Source: Myxococcota bacterium (GTDB taxonomy: Bacteria; Myxococcota_A; SURF-8). From it: a stretch of DNA of 64,000 bases. Shown in pieces: positions 1 through 11,269 of this stretch (the first letter of the stretch is position 1; each line of letters begins with the position of its first letter). The DNA lies in assembly GCA_963674735.2 (NCBI GenBank), contig CAXXQS010000001.1:832001-896000 (forward strand). The letters are read 5' to 3'. The notes beneath the pieces were generated by a model. It worked only from the letters and a program-made list of their open reading frames with translations, searched no databases and was not told the DNA's origin. A program made the translations under genes and the position numbers.

Positions 1-1697
1 CGGTTTGCTCCGTCATAATAGAGTGACCACCCATCGCTGCAGGCACCCGTATCCGGGTCGCAAAAGAAACCGTCTTCACAGTCGGGGCCGGACTCCCATT
101 CGCCTTGACTGTTGCATTGTTCGGTGCCCAGTAGATCTTCCGTACAACGTGTGTCGCCGGGAGAGCAGCTGGAACAGACTCCGTCCGCACAATTGGGCGT
201 TTCAGCCGGACAGGGGCCTTGGAGATCCCAGCCATTGACGATCAGCGCGCCGCTCGACCCGTCGCGGGTGCAGATGTAGATATCGTTGATGTCTTCACCG
301 GCGCTTTCATCACCACAGCGTGTGTCACCGATCAGGCAGGCGACGCAATAGCCGTCTGCGCAATACGGGGTATCGGCCGGGCAAGGTTGCAGTTGCCATT
401 CTCCGGCGGCATTGCAAACCAAGTGAGCCAGTCCGTCGCAGCGGCTGGACCCGGGGGCGCATTCCAAGCACACATACGAGGTTCCGCCATCCAAACTTGC
501 GCAAGTCGGGGTATCTCCGGAGCAGTCTTCCTCCAAAATCCATTCGCCGCCTTGGCACTCATAGATTCCCCAATCGTCGTCGCCGGGATGGCCGCACCAC
601 AGATCACCATCGGAACAGGGGGAGCATACACCGGATGAGCAGGCCGGTTCCGGTCCGAGGCAATATTCGCGAACCCAGTCTCCCGCCTCATTACAGGTTA
701 CGGCCTCGCGGCCCTCGCAGAAGGCCGTTCCGGTATTGCAGGTGACGCAGCCATCCAGACGGCAGACGGGCGTGTCGTTTTGGCAGGTTTCTTGGGTTTG
801 CCAGGCTCCTGTGATGTCGCATTGCTGTCGTTCAGACCCCAGACAACGCCATTCATCGGGTGTGCAGCCGCCGGAAGTACAACCATTGATCGGGTCGCAG
901 TATTCGTGCAGCGCGCAAGCGTTGTCGTCGGGAACATTTCGACAACCCGTCGGTTCCGAGCAATCGTCATAGGTGCAGTCTACTTCGTCGTCGCAGTCGT
1001 CTAGCGATCCGTTGCAAACCCCGTCCGTGCAAGCGTCGTTGAGGGTGCAAGTCAGCGAGTCGTCGCAGATCCGGCCGTTCTCCACATTGCTGTACCGATC
1101 ATCCGCAACATCGGGCCGACAGGCTTTGCAGCTATTCTCTTGCTGGACGGTCCCTTCGTCTATGCAGGTCTCGTCGATCAGACAATAGCCGCTTTTTAGC
1201 GTGAATTCACAATCCGTACCGTCAAACAGGTCTTCGGTGCAGTGCAGATAATCTTCACAACGGACATTGTGATCCGCGTCGCCATCCGCTGTTGCGTCGC
1301 CATCGATCACGGGACTTTCGTCGTCTCCATCGGTCCCGTCTCCGTCCGGGGTGTCGCCATCCGGTGCATCGCCGTCGGCCGGTTCATCGTCCGGAACACA
1401 AATTCCCGAGTCTTGGTCGCAAATCCAACCTGGATCGCAGTCGATATCCTCGCGGCACTCCACGTCAGCGACATAGGGATAGCAATAGCCCTTGTTTTCA
1501 TCACAATACATCCCGGCCGGGCAATCGCCGTCTCCCTCGCAGGGCGGGCAGTCGAAACCGGTGGGACAATCGGGAGCGCCGGTCGTCCCGGACGGTGCCT
1601 GGTCTCCATCGGTAGGGACGGTATTTCCAGAGTCACCGCAGGCCGTCAATGCGAATAGCAATGCGGTAAATGTCAGTGATAAAGTGAGATGTCTCAT
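1..1697 (-). CDS. Cys-rich secreted lipoprotein with DGD acidic linker (partial; runs off the left edge)
   Basis: ATG at 1697 after an AAGGA RBS. Hand translation gives MRHLTLSLTFTALLFALTAC (lipobox), then DGD repeats and Cys-rich modules. Spot-checked segments are open down to base 1. Absent from the ORF track, consistent with no stop inside the window. Confidence 0.8.
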   Translation of the reverse strand, partial: MRHLTLSLTFTALLFALTACGDSGNTVPTDGDQAPSGTTGAPDCPTGFDCPPCEGDGDCPAGMYCDENKGYCYPYVADVECREDIDCDPGWICDQDSGICVPDDEPADGDAPDGDTPDGDGTDGDDESPVIDGDATADGDADHNVRCEDYLHCTEDLFDGTDCEFTLKSGYCLIDETCIDEGTVQQENSCKACRPDVADDRYSNVENGRICDDSLTCTLNDACTDGVCNGSLDDCDDEVDCTYDDCSEPTGCRNVPDDNACALHEYCDPINGCTSGGCTPDEWRCLGSERQQCDITGAWQTQETCQNDTPVCRLDGCVTCNTGTAFCEGREAVTCNEAGDWVREYCLGPEPACSSGVCSPCSDGDLWCGHPGDDDWGIYECQGGEWILEEDCSGDTPTCASLDGGTSYVCLECAPGSSRCDGLAHLVCNAAGEWQLQPCPADTPYCADGYCVACLIGDTRCGDESAGEDINDIYICTRDGSSGALIVNGWDLQGPCPAETPNCADGVCSSCSPGDTRCTEDLLGTEQCNSQGEWESGPDCEDGFFCDPDTGACSDGWSLYYDGAN

Positions 1698-1847
1698 GGT
1701 TTTGTCCTTGTTGTGCGTGTCGGCAAGCCCAGAGAGTATACCCGAATTGTACAACTTCGCCAAGCGGATCGTATTTACAAATCATGAGCTTTTTGCTAGT
1801 GTGCTGACTGTGTGACGGGATTGTTACAACTAGACGAGGAGTGGATC

Positions 1848-2456
1848 ATGAGTAGCCAGAAAGTGGATGCGCGTGGCAAAACCTGCCCTGTGCCGCTGGT
1901 AATGACCAAGAAAGTGTTTGATGCTCTGGCCGAGGGGCAAAAGATGCAGGTTGTTGTCGATAACGATACTTCGGCGAAAAACATCGAAACATTCGTCTGT
2001 GAGTCGGGCGGCAAGGCCGTTTTGCTCAAAGATGGTGTCGAAACGACCCTGACGCTGACGAAGGGTGAGCAGGCTGTGTCAGGTGAAGCCGAGGTTTATT
2101 GTTCAAGCGGGATTGCCGCTGCGCATGTAATCTACGTTTCGTCCGATCGTGTCAGTGAAGGTGAGAACCAAGATCTCGGACTGGCGCTGATGCAGACTTT
2201 TCTGCAAACTATCAAGGATATTCGCCCTTTGCCGTCGCACGTCATTTTCATGCATCGGGGGGTGACTTTACTCAAAGAGGGGACGAAAACGGCCGAAGCC
2301 GCTTGCGAGCTGAAAGAACTGGGAGTCGGCATCATTGCTTGCGGAACCTGCCTGGATTATTTTAAGGTGATGGATCAGCGAGCGTGTGGCAAGGTTTCCA
2401 ACATGTATGATATCCTCTCGCTTATGACGACTGCCGGGAAAATCATCAAACCGTAG
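1848..2456 (+). CDS. yedF: Selenium metabolism sulfurtransferase-like protein (TusA/SirA + DsrE domains)
   Basis: N-terminal VDARGKTCPVP (TusA CPxP), C-terminal ACGTCLDYF and VSNMYDI. GAGGAG RBS. Directly upstream of selD. Confidence 0.85.
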   Translation: MSSQKVDARGKTCPVPLVMTKKVFDALAEGQKMQVVVDNDTSAKNIETFVCESGGKAVLLKDGVETTLTLTKGEQAVSGEAEVYCSSGIAAAHVIYVSSDRVSEGENQDLGLALMQTFLQTIKDIRPLPSHVIFMHRGVTLLKEGTKTAEAACELKELGVGIIACGTCLDYFKVMDQRACGKVSNMYDILSLMTTAGKIIKP

Positions 2457-2469
2457 TAAGAGAGGTCTT

Positions 2470-3537
2470 ATGAACGATCTACCCCCCCAAAGCGGGTCTA
2501 TACCGGTGCGACTGGCTAACACGGTCGAAGCCGGGGGGTGCTCGGCCAAGCTTGGTCCCAAACAACTGGGGGAGATTCTCGCCCAAGTGCCGCTCATGCA
2601 GCATGCGGATATTATCGTGGGGGCCGAATCGCACGACGATGCGGGGGTGTTACGCCTCGCGGATGGTCAATACCTTATCGCCACCACCGATTTCTTTCCT
2701 CCCATGGTGGACGATCCGTATGAATTCGGACAAGTGGCCGCCGCAAACGCTCTTTCGGATGTGTATGCCATGGGTGGCAAGCCGCTGTATGCGTTGAGCC
2801 TGGTCATGTTTCCTTCCAAGCAATTCGACGATGAGGTTCTGGTTGCCATGTTGAAGGGGGGAGCTGACAAGGCTCGTGAGGCCGGTTGCCTGATTTTGGG
2901 GGGGCACACCATCGACGACGCCCCCATCAAGTACGGCTTGGCCATTACCGGCATCGTCACTCCCGAGCTGCTCGTAACCAACGCCGGGGCACGTCCGGGT
3001 GATGTTTTGGTGCTGACCAAACCACTCGGGACGTCCATCCTGGCCGGGGCGCGCAAGGCGGATCTCATCGATGAAGCGGGGATGCATCCGGCCATCGTTT
3101 CGATGACGACGCTCAACGATATCGGTGCGCGTCACATGAATCGAGTAGCCGCCCATGGTGCCACCGACATCACCGGGTTTGGTTTGTTGGGCCATGCTTT
3201 TCGTTTTGCCGATGCAAGCAAGGTGACCTTTCGTATCGAGTCGTCCCGGTTGCCGGTGTTACCCGGCGCTCTCGATCTTGTGAGCATGGGTGTGATTCCG
3301 GGTGGATGTATGCGAAATTTGGAGTTCATACGTGAGCATACGGTTTTTCTTCCGTCACTTACAGCCGAACGCAAGTGGTTGTGTCTCGATCCTCAGACCT
3401 CCGGAGGCTTGCTGATTGCGGTTGCTCCCGACCGGGCCGACACGCTGGTTGCTGGTCTCAAAAACGATGGTATGCTTGAAAGCCGAATTGTTGGAGAGGT
3501 TCACCCGCCGGGTGAAAAACGGCTTCTACTCGCCTAA
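2470..3537 (+). CDS. selD: Selenide, water dikinase (Cys form)
   Basis: Motifs GGCSAK, DDAGV, TTDFFPP, AAANALSDVYAMGG, GGHTIDD, TDITGFGLLGH and DPQTSGGLL. Confidence 0.96.
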   Translation: MNDLPPQSGSIPVRLANTVEAGGCSAKLGPKQLGEILAQVPLMQHADIIVGAESHDDAGVLRLADGQYLIATTDFFPPMVDDPYEFGQVAAANALSDVYAMGGKPLYALSLVMFPSKQFDDEVLVAMLKGGADKAREAGCLILGGHTIDDAPIKYGLAITGIVTPELLVTNAGARPGDVLVLTKPLGTSILAGARKADLIDEAGMHPAIVSMTTLNDIGARHMNRVAAHGATDITGFGLLGHAFRFADASKVTFRIESSRLPVLPGALDLVSMGVIPGGCMRNLEFIREHTVFLPSLTAERKWLCLDPQTSGGLLIAVAPDRADTLVAGLKNDGMLESRIVGEVHPPGEKRLLLA

Positions 3538-3578
3538 TCACTCATCATATTTTATTCGGATTTGATGAAAGGACGTTC

Positions 3579-4556
3579 ATGCGAATCGCCATTACGGGTG
3601 CAACCGGTCATCTGGGCGCCAACCTGGTTCGGGCTCTTGTTGCTCGTGGTGAAAAGCCGCGTGTGCTGATTCACCGCGATACCCGCGCCATCGATGGTTT
3701 GCCTGTGGAGATCGTTCGCGGCGACATCTTGGACTCGGAATCTCTCGTTACCGCTTTTAAGGGCATCGATCGGGTGTATCACTTGGCCGCGCAGGTCGGT
3801 TCCGCCGGAGGGTCCGACGAGGTCATGCAGCGCATGAATGTGGAGGGCACAGCCAACGTCATTGCCGCTTGTCGCGCCTGCAAGGTGAAGCGCCTTTTAC
3901 ATTGCAGTTCGATCCGCAGCCTCAATGCAAAACCTTACAGCGAACCTCTTGATGAAAGTCGCTCTCTGGTTCCCGAAGACTTCGATATGGCCTATGACCG
4001 CACCAAAGCCCAGGCCGAGCGCCTCGTTCTCGCTGCCGTGGAAGAAGGGCTTGATGCCGTGATCGTCAATCCTACCGGTGTTTTTGGGCCTTTCGATTTT
4101 CGCCCGTCCATGCTGGGTGGTTTGTTTATCAGCTATCATCGGCGACGACTTCCGGGGCTGGTCAATGGCGGGTTCGATTGGGTGGATGTGCGTGATGTCG
4201 TCGATGGGATTTTGCGGGCGGCGGACAAAGGCCGCAGCGGCGAGCGCTACATTTTGGGTGGATATTTCCTCACTATGCCCGATCTGGCACAGCTGATGCG
4301 CGCCGCCAGTGGCGTCAAGGCTCCTTTGCTGGTCATCCCTATGCCGTTGGCCATGGCCATCGGGTCGATCACCCCGCCTTTAGCGCGTCTTACCGGTCGG
4401 CGTGCCATCTTCACACGGCAGTCATTGCGGGTTATTCAGGGTAATCCCGATACGCGACACGAGAAAGCAGCTCGGGAACTCGGTTATTCCCCGCGTCCCA
4501 TCGACGAGTCGGTGAGCGATACGTTTACCTGGTTTGCCGAAGCAGGTATGCTTTAA
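3579..4556 (+). CDS. NAD-dependent epimerase/dehydratase, extended SDR (HpnA/3beta-HSD-like)
   Basis: TGATGHLG Rossmann motif, YxxxK (YDRTK), NPTGVFGP. Paralog of 18607-19629. Confidence 0.88.
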
Positions 4557-4736
4557 TGGACGATTGAAATTCGCAATGGGATAGTTGTCCCCCAATCGAA
4601 TTCTCCGAGAGTAAGGGCAATTGCTTTTTCGATTCGTTTCGCTCTCAGAATGCACGGCAACAGAACGCGACAGAAAAAGGAAGGCGATCCGTCGAAGCCG
4701 GCATGCGCCACATGTGGAAACCAGGAATTCTTCCTT

Positions 4737-5030
<294 letters not shown>

Positions 5031-5170
5031 ATCCGGTTCACTGTTTCGGTCACGGCAATTCTGATCACCTGTACCAACAGGAACAATGCAAAAAAAACGT
5101 CTTCGCCGTCAGGTGCGTAATGCCAATCAGGTTCTTTTTTTAGGACCTGCCGAACAGCCGGCGTTTTGGC

Positions 5171-5222
5171 TTGACAATGGCGGCTGTTGCGGATAAGGTC
5201 TTAGGTAGTAATGATTCCAAAT
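5171..5222 (+). promoter_or_regulatory. Sigma70 promoter with a putative PerR/Fur operator upstream of perR-katA
   Basis: TTGACA-N17-TAAGGT (5171-5199), then GTAGTAATGATTCCAAAT (5205-5222), an imperfect AGTAA-N3-TTACT dyad just before the RBS. Confidence 0.55.
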
Positions 5223-5233
5223 AAGGGGAGAGC

Positions 5234-5743
5234 ATGTCTTTATCCAAGCAGGATATCGCTCGACGTCTGAGTCACTTTCATGCGGTCGCCAAGGCGGCGG
5301 GCATCAAGCTGACGCACCAGCGCCTGGAGATCTTCCGGGAAATCGCGTCCAGTATCGAGCATCCCTCCGCCGAAATTCTATTCAACGCCCTCAAGCTGCG
5401 GTTGCCCACGCTTTCTCTGGATACGGTGTATCGTAGCCTGTGGTTGCTGAACGATCTCGGGCTCATCATGACGCTGGGTGCGCGACGTGAAAGCCTGCGA
5501 TTCGACGCCAATCTGGAGCATCATCACCATTTCGTCTGCACCCGTTGCGGACGCATCCGCGATTTTACGAGCCCTCAGCTAACGGATCTACCTATCCCCG
5601 ATGCTGTGAAAGAATTAGGCCATATCGATAGTACGCATGTCGAGGTCCGTGGGATTTGTACAACGTGTTCGAAGGACCCGGTCGAAGATTCGGCCCCCAG
5701 GAACCCCAAACAGCCGAAAGGCGAGAAAAGGAGTCGATCATGA
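5234..5743 (+). CDS. perR: Fur-family peroxide-sensing repressor
   Basis: [27 protein letters not shown] and GICTTC motifs. ATGA overlap with the catalase gene. Confidence 0.85.
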   Translation: MSLSKQDIARRLSHFHAVAKAAGIKLTHQRLEIFREIASSIEHPSAEILFNALKLRLPTLSLDTVYRSLWLLNDLGLIMTLGARRESLRFDANLEHHHHFVCTRCGRIRDFTSPQLTDLPIPDAVKELGHIDSTHVEVRGICTTCSKDPVEDSAPRNPKQPKGEKRSRS

Positions 5744-7200
5744 CGGACAAGAAAAAATTGACGAATAACGCCGGTGCGCCGGTTGCCGACAACCAGAACG
5801 TAATGACCGCCGGACCGCGCGGTCCGATGCTGCTTCAGGATGCCTGGTTTCTGGAGAAGCTGGCCCACTTCGACCGGGAGGTCATTCCCGAGCGTCGCAT
5901 GCATGCCAAGGGTTCCGGAGCCTACGGAACCTTCACCGTAACGCACGATATCACGGCCTATACCAAAGCCAAGATCTTCTCGGAAGTCGGCAAGAAAACC
6001 GACTGCTTTCTGCGCTTCTCCACCGTGGCGGGCGAGCGCGGAGCGGCGGACGCCGAGCGCGACATCCGGGGCGTGGCCATGAAATTTTATACCGAGGAAG
6101 GCAACTGGGATCTGGTGGGCAACAACACGCCGGTGTTCTTTTTGAAAGACCCGCTCAAGTTTCCCGACCTCAATCACGCCGTCAAGCGCGATCCCAAGAC
6201 CAATCTGCGCAGCGCGCGCAACAACTGGGACTTCTGGACCTCGCTGCCCGAATCGCTGCATCAGGTGACCATCACCATGAGCGATCGCGGTATTCCGCTA
6301 TCCTATCGTCACATGAATGCCTATGGCAGCCATACCTTCAGCCTGATCAATGCCGCCAACGAACGGTACTGGGTCAAGTTTCACTTCAAGACCCAACAAG
6401 GCATCAAAAACCTGACGGACGCCGAAGCCGAGGCGGTGATCGGGAAGTGTCGCGAAAGCCACCAGCGCGACCTATTCGACGCGATCGAAAAGGGCGATTT
6501 CCCTAAGTGGAAGCTGAAGATTCAGGTGGTACCCGAGAAAGAAGCGGCTAACTTCCCATTCAATCCCTTCGATCTGACCAAGGTCTGGCCGCACAAGGAC
6601 TACCCGTTGATCGATGTCGGTGTGTTGGAGTTGAACCGCAACCCCGAAAACTACTTTGCCGAAGTGGAGCAATCCGCCTTCAATCCGGCCAACATCGTGC
6701 CGGGCATCGGCTTCTCGCCCGACAAAATGCTGCAGGGGCGGTTGTTCTCTTACGGCGACGCCCAGCGCTATCGGCTCGGCGTCAACCACCACCTCATTCC
6801 GGTCAATGCTTCCCGTTGTCCCTTCCACAATTACCATCGTGACGGTGCGATGCGCGTGGACGGCAACCATGGCGGCACGCTCGGCTACGAACCCAATAGT
6901 TACGGCGAGTGGCAGGAGCAACCCGATTTTAGCGAGCCGCCGCTGGCCCTCGACGGTCCGGCCGATCACTGGAATCATCGCGAGGACGACGACGATTACT
7001 ACACCCAGCCGGGCAACCTGTTCCGCGCTATGAGCCCCGAGCAGAAAAAGGCGTTATTCGAGAATACCGCCCGCGCCATGGGCGATGCGCCGAAGGAAAT
7101 CAAGCTTCGCCACATCGGCAACTGCGCCAAAGCCGATCCCGCTTATGGCGAAGGCGTGGCCAGTATGTTGGAGATTTCCATGCGTGAGGTGTCGAAGTAA
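5740..7200 (+). CDS. katA: Monofunctional heme catalase (small-subunit clade)
   Basis: [24 protein letters not shown] and [12 protein letters not shown]. True start is MTDKKKLT at 5740. Confidence 0.97.
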   Translation: MTDKKKLTNNAGAPVADNQNVMTAGPRGPMLLQDAWFLEKLAHFDREVIPERRMHAKGSGAYGTFTVTHDITAYTKAKIFSEVGKKTDCFLRFSTVAGERGAADAERDIRGVAMKFYTEEGNWDLVGNNTPVFFLKDPLKFPDLNHAVKRDPKTNLRSARNNWDFWTSLPESLHQVTITMSDRGIPLSYRHMNAYGSHTFSLINAANERYWVKFHFKTQQGIKNLTDAEAEAVIGKCRESHQRDLFDAIEKGDFPKWKLKIQVVPEKEAANFPFNPFDLTKVWPHKDYPLIDVGVLELNRNPENYFAEVEQSAFNPANIVPGIGFSPDKMLQGRLFSYGDAQRYRLGVNHHLIPVNASRCPFHNYHRDGAMRVDGNHGGTLGYEPNSYGEWQEQPDFSEPPLALDGPADHWNHREDDDDYYTQPGNLFRAMSPEQKKALFENTARAMGDAPKEIKLRHIGNCAKADPAYGEGVASMLEISMREVSK

Positions 7201-7256
7201 GGCGTTTCGGAATCAATTGCTCCGATCGTATGCGCGTGGCGTAAAAGAGAATAGAG

Positions 7257-7289
7257 CGGGTGGCGGGTCTGACTGCCACCCGTTTTTTT
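7257..7289 (+). terminator. Rho-independent terminator of katA
   Basis: CGGGTGGC...GCCACCCG stem followed by T7. Confidence 0.8.
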
Positions 7290-7379
7290 ATTGCTTGACA
7301 TATCAAAATAAGATTCCTAATAAATAATAATTACAGGGGCAATTTTTTGTGTATTTTCACAAAGGAAAGGGGTGGAGAA

Positions 7380-8003
7380 ATGAAAACGTTAAAGGGAAAT
7401 TGGATTTTTATATTAATTGGAATTCTGGTTTTAGGTTTGGCGCTGGTTTCATGCCTCGACATAGGCGAGGATGATGACGAAGAGAATGACGGAAAAAGCG
7501 ACCGAGAGTTGTGTGAAGATGCCTGCGATGATCTGATGGATCTTTGTGAAGACATCGATGATGAAGACGAATGTGTGGATGAATGTAGGGATGAAATCAA
7601 AGATTTGGATGACGACGAAAAAGATGACGCGCTCGATTGCATCGGTGACGCCGACAGTTGCGCCGAGGCCATCGCTTGCAAAGAGGGTGGCCACCATAAT
7701 GACGGCGACGTGAATGACGGCGACGTGAATGACGGCGATGTGTATGATGGCGATGTGTACGATGGCGATGTGTATGACGGCGATGTGTATGACGGAGATG
7801 TGAACGACGCGATTTGCGAGGCGGCCTGCTTCACGCTGATGCAACTGTGTGACGAACTCGACGACCTGTCGGATTGCCTCATGGAATGCGAGGATACCAT
7901 TTACGGATTGACGGAAGCGGAAATCCAGGCCGCACTTAATTGCATCAACAGTGCTTACAGTTGTGAAGAAGCCATGGAATGCGGATGGGAGGATTATTAT
8001 TAA
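7380..8003 (+). CDS. Acidic Cys-rich lipoprotein with (DGDVN/Y) tandem repeats
   Basis: Signal peptide with LVSC lipobox. Two 6-Cys modules separated by 15-bp tandem repeats (about 7700-7805). Own TTGACA promoter at 7295. Confidence 0.8.
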   Translation: MKTLKGNWIFILIGILVLGLALVSCLDIGEDDDEENDGKSDRELCEDACDDLMDLCEDIDDEDECVDECRDEIKDLDDDEKDDALDCIGDADSCAEAIACKEGGHHNDGDVNDGDVNDGDVYDGDVYDGDVYDGDVYDGDVNDAICEAACFTLMQLCDELDDLSDCLMECEDTIYGLTEAEIQAALNCINSAYSCEEAMECGWEDYY

Positions 8004-8096
8004 GCCGCTGAAGGTTTCATGTTGCTTTCCGATTCTGGAGGTGTCCGGCTATCCTCCTCCCGTTTCAGTTTAGTCACCCGTTAAAGTGCGGGTTTC

Positions 8097-8131
8097 GGGG
8101 CAGGACGATTTCCTGCCCCCTTTTGTTTTTT
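8097..8131 (+). terminator. Rho-independent terminator
   Basis: GGGGCAGGA-CGATT-TCCTGCCCC followed by T-rich tract. Confidence 0.7.
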
Positions 8132-9094
8132 GACTTCTCGGAATCAGTGCTCAGTGAGGTGCCGAAGTAAGTCGTTTCGGACTCCATCTTTGCGATCGGC
8201 TGTGCATGGCGTAGAAACGAAACATAGAGCGGGTGGCGGTTTCGACTGCCGCCTGCTTTTCTTTGCGCCCGGCCAAGGAAAATTCCAAGCGCAAATCCCT
8301 CAGACGAAACGCGCCGGACGGCGGGAATTATTGCGGTATAAATACGCCAAGGTCGGCCGTGAAGGCGGAGGGCAGGGCGGTCTCGGAGGGTACTGGGAAT
8401 CACATGTTATTTGCAGGCGTGCTCTTTGCAACAGTCCGATATTACAGGGTATATTTCCGCATTTGCCCCGCTTTTCCGTTCGTATTTCGACGCTATTTAG
8501 CCAAAATCGAAAAAAGTGTGTGATAACAACGGGCTAGGGATTCGTCTTCTAAATGTAGCCAGAATAGTATATTCAATATAACAAAATGGCCGGTTGGTTT
8601 TGCGTCAGTTGGCGGTTTTCGTCCGGGATGGATTCGAGATTGGGACAGAGGACAACGGCGGCTAACAAGATGTAATCAGGGCGAAAACGCGTATTGCGAA
8701 ACCGTCGGGCTCCGCTGCGATCCCGATCGAACGGGATGGGTCGGCCTTCATTCGGTCGGTGGGCGTGTGACGTATTACGGCAATCCCGGTAATCCGATCG
8801 GAATAAGACTTGGCCCCTCGAAATGAAGGCGAAAACGTCAATGATTTCAACAAAAGCAAAAAAGGCCTCCGTCAAACGGCGCAGTGAGCGCATCGAACGC
8901 ATCGAGGACGGACGCGGCAAAGCGGCCAATTTAGGGGGTGTGCGACGCTTTTTGCATATACGACAATTTTCGCGTGTCGCGGCGAAAAAGCGAAAGGGCG
9001 CAGCGGGCGAAAACCGGACGTTTCGCTCTGCGGAAATCGCGTGCCGTTTGTTTAGACTGCAAGCCGCGCGAAAGGCAACGACAGGCGAGGGCGG

Positions 9095-11182
9095 TCAGCC
9101 GGGAATGCGGCCTTGCATGTCTTTGGGTAGAAGTGGTGACGGCTCGCGCCAACAGAACAGCCAGAGTTGGTGAATGGCGCGGGATGCGCCCACATGCAGC
9201 ATGTGGCGGCTCAAGATGTTGTCGGGGAAGGTCTGGCGGTCGACATGCAGCAGAATGACGTAATCGAATTCGAGCCCCTTGGTTTGGGCGATATCCGTAA
9301 TTTCAATGCCGGGACCGAAGGAGAATTCCTGGTCGTGAATGCGCGCCAGGTTGGGCAGGCCGGTGTGTTGCAGGGCGCGGTAGACCTCATCCGCCTGACC
9401 CGCATGGCGACACAAAAGCGCCACGCCCGCATTGGGTTCGCGCTCCATCAGATCGGACAGCGATTCCGCCAGAAACGTCATGGCCTCGCCGATCCCGCCG
9501 CAACGGAACAGTTCCACCGGCTGTCCGCTGCGCTGCGCCTTGGGGGCGACTTCCGGCGCGAGCGAGCCGAGGACGTGCTGGGAGAAGGCCATGATTTCGG
9601 CGGTCGAGCGATAGCTGATTTCCAAAACGCCGGAGCTGATGTTTTTCGGTTTCAGGATGTCGAGCACCTCGCGCCAGTCGCTGAACTCGTGTTGCTCCAT
9701 GACCTGCTGTGCGCGGTCGCCCGCCAGCGTCACCGACTCGTTGCGGGCGGTCTGCAACAGCACCAGCAGTTCGATGGGGCTGAAATCCTGCACCTCATCG
9801 ATCATGAGGTGGTCGTAGCGGAGCGGCTGCTGGGGATTGATGTGCAGTTGGCCGCGCGTCAATTGATACAAGCGCAGCAGGATCATGTCGTCTTCGCGGT
9901 CGTAGGTGGGCCAGTCTTCGTCGTTCGGTCCTCCGCCTTCGACGCGCCAGAAATGGCGGTCGCTGCACCAGCGGTGAATCATATCGAGTTCGTTGGATGA
10001 AAACGCGCCGGGCGCGTGGCGTTCCACTCCGGCTTGCATCCACGAGCGGTCGGTGAGCAGTTCGTCGAACAGGTCTTCGACTTTCATCTCTCGGTGACGG
10101 GCGGCCGCCTCTTCCAGCATGGGGATCAAGCAGCGGTGTGTCTTGAAGCGGATCACCGGGGTGGGGGTGTCGTCGCTGTACTGGGTGACCAGCCCCGGCA
10201 GAAGCCGCCGCCGCATGAACGCGGCCCAGTCCTGCAAGGTGCGCACTTGCACGCCGCGAATGCCGAGCGCCGGCAACACGCGCGAGATGTAACGCGAGAG
10301 GGCGCGGCTGAACATCAGAATCAGGATTTGGTGCGGGCGGTAACGTTTGCGATTGAGGAAATTGAGGTAGGCGATGCGATGCAAAGCCACCGTCGTTTTG
10401 CCCGATCCGGCGCTGCCTTCGACGATCACGATGCCGCTGTCGGGCTGGGTAATCAATTCGAACTGCTCGCGGTCGAGTAAACCGGCGATATCCATCAAGT
10501 ATTTGTCGCCGCGCAGCTCGCGGCCGTCGCGCCCGTGGCCCAGCGACAACCCGGTGGTGTCGGGACGATCGGCCGTTCCTTCGCCGCCTTGCAGCAGCGT
10601 TTCGGCTTGCGGGGTATGGCTCCAGCCGTCGGAACCTCGGAAAAAGACGCCCTGCGGCGAGGCGACGCGCATCAGGCGGCCATCGAGAATGGTGAGGTTG
10701 CGACGCGATTCGATGACACCGCTCATTTCGCGGTCGGCGATCCATTCATCGAATTCGTCGTTTTCGCGCCAGTGGTAAAACACGCGTGATATCGGGGCGT
10801 TGCGCCAATCGACGATGCGGACTTTGCCCTCGATGAAGGTGGATTTACCGATCATGATGTCGCGCGGGCGGCCGTCTTCCGGGCGATAGCGCATGTGCGC
10901 GAAATAGGGGTTGTCGATGTCGATTTCTTGGGTGTTGAAACGGTTTTGACGGGCTCGCAGCGCCTCGACGCGTTCCATTTCATCCATCAGAACGGCCTGG
11001 TCGTCGAGCTGTTTTTCTTCGGCCATTTCGTCGCGCAGGCGCATCAACTCCTGTTCGTAATTCTTCACGAATCGCCGCTGACTGGTGCGCGCCAAGGTTT
11101 CCTGTACGCTTTCGAGCAGGGTTTCCTCTTCCGCAATAACCGGATGATCGGCGTAGTTGTTTTTCCTGATCTTAGAGGACAT
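9095..11182 (-). CDS. SF1 UvrD/HelD-like ATPase
   Basis: PYFAH, IVDWRNAP (HelD N-terminal signature), GSAGSGKTTVALHRIAYL, IDEVQD, GDRAQQ, SYRST, KGLEFD, SRA. Likely start MSSKIR. Confidence 0.88.
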   Translation of the reverse strand: MSSKIRKNNYADHPVIAEEETLLESVQETLARTSQRRFVKNYEQELMRLRDEMAEEKQLDDQAVLMDEMERVEALRARQNRFNTQEIDIDNPYFAHMRYRPEDGRPRDIMIGKSTFIEGKVRIVDWRNAPISRVFYHWRENDEFDEWIADREMSGVIESRRNLTILDGRLMRVASPQGVFFRGSDGWSHTPQAETLLQGGEGTADRPDTTGLSLGHGRDGRELRGDKYLMDIAGLLDREQFELITQPDSGIVIVEGSAGSGKTTVALHRIAYLNFLNRKRYRPHQILILMFSRALSRYISRVLPALGIRGVQVRTLQDWAAFMRRRLLPGLVTQYSDDTPTPVIRFKTHRCLIPMLEEAAARHREMKVEDLFDELLTDRSWMQAGVERHAPGAFSSNELDMIHRWCSDRHFWRVEGGGPNDEDWPTYDREDDMILLRLYQLTRGQLHINPQQPLRYDHLMIDEVQDFSPIELLVLLQTARNESVTLAGDRAQQVMEQHEFSDWREVLDILKPKNISSGVLEISYRSTAEIMAFSQHVLGSLAPEVAPKAQRSGQPVELFRCGGIGEAMTFLAESLSDLMEREPNAGVALLCRHAGQADEVYRALQHTGLPNLARIHDQEFSFGPGIEITDIAQTKGLEFDYVILLHVDRQTFPDNILSRHMLHVGASRAIHQLWLFCWREPSPLLPKDMQGRIPG

Positions 11183-11269
11183 CAAAGCAGCTCCACAGCA
11201 AACAAAGCCAGAATCTATACACCATCGCGGAGGCGATTTCCATAGCAAAAGTCGGGTTGCCGCGCTTTT

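Larger units (their letters stand above)
7184..8263 (+). repeat. Degenerate ~105-bp direct repeat (7184-7289 / 8154-8263) of the katA 3' end + terminator
   Basis: GTGAGGTGYCGAAGTAAG.CGTTTCGGA...ATAGAGCGGGTGGCGG...GACTGCC occurs on both sides of the 7380-8003 gene. Confidence 0.8.
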
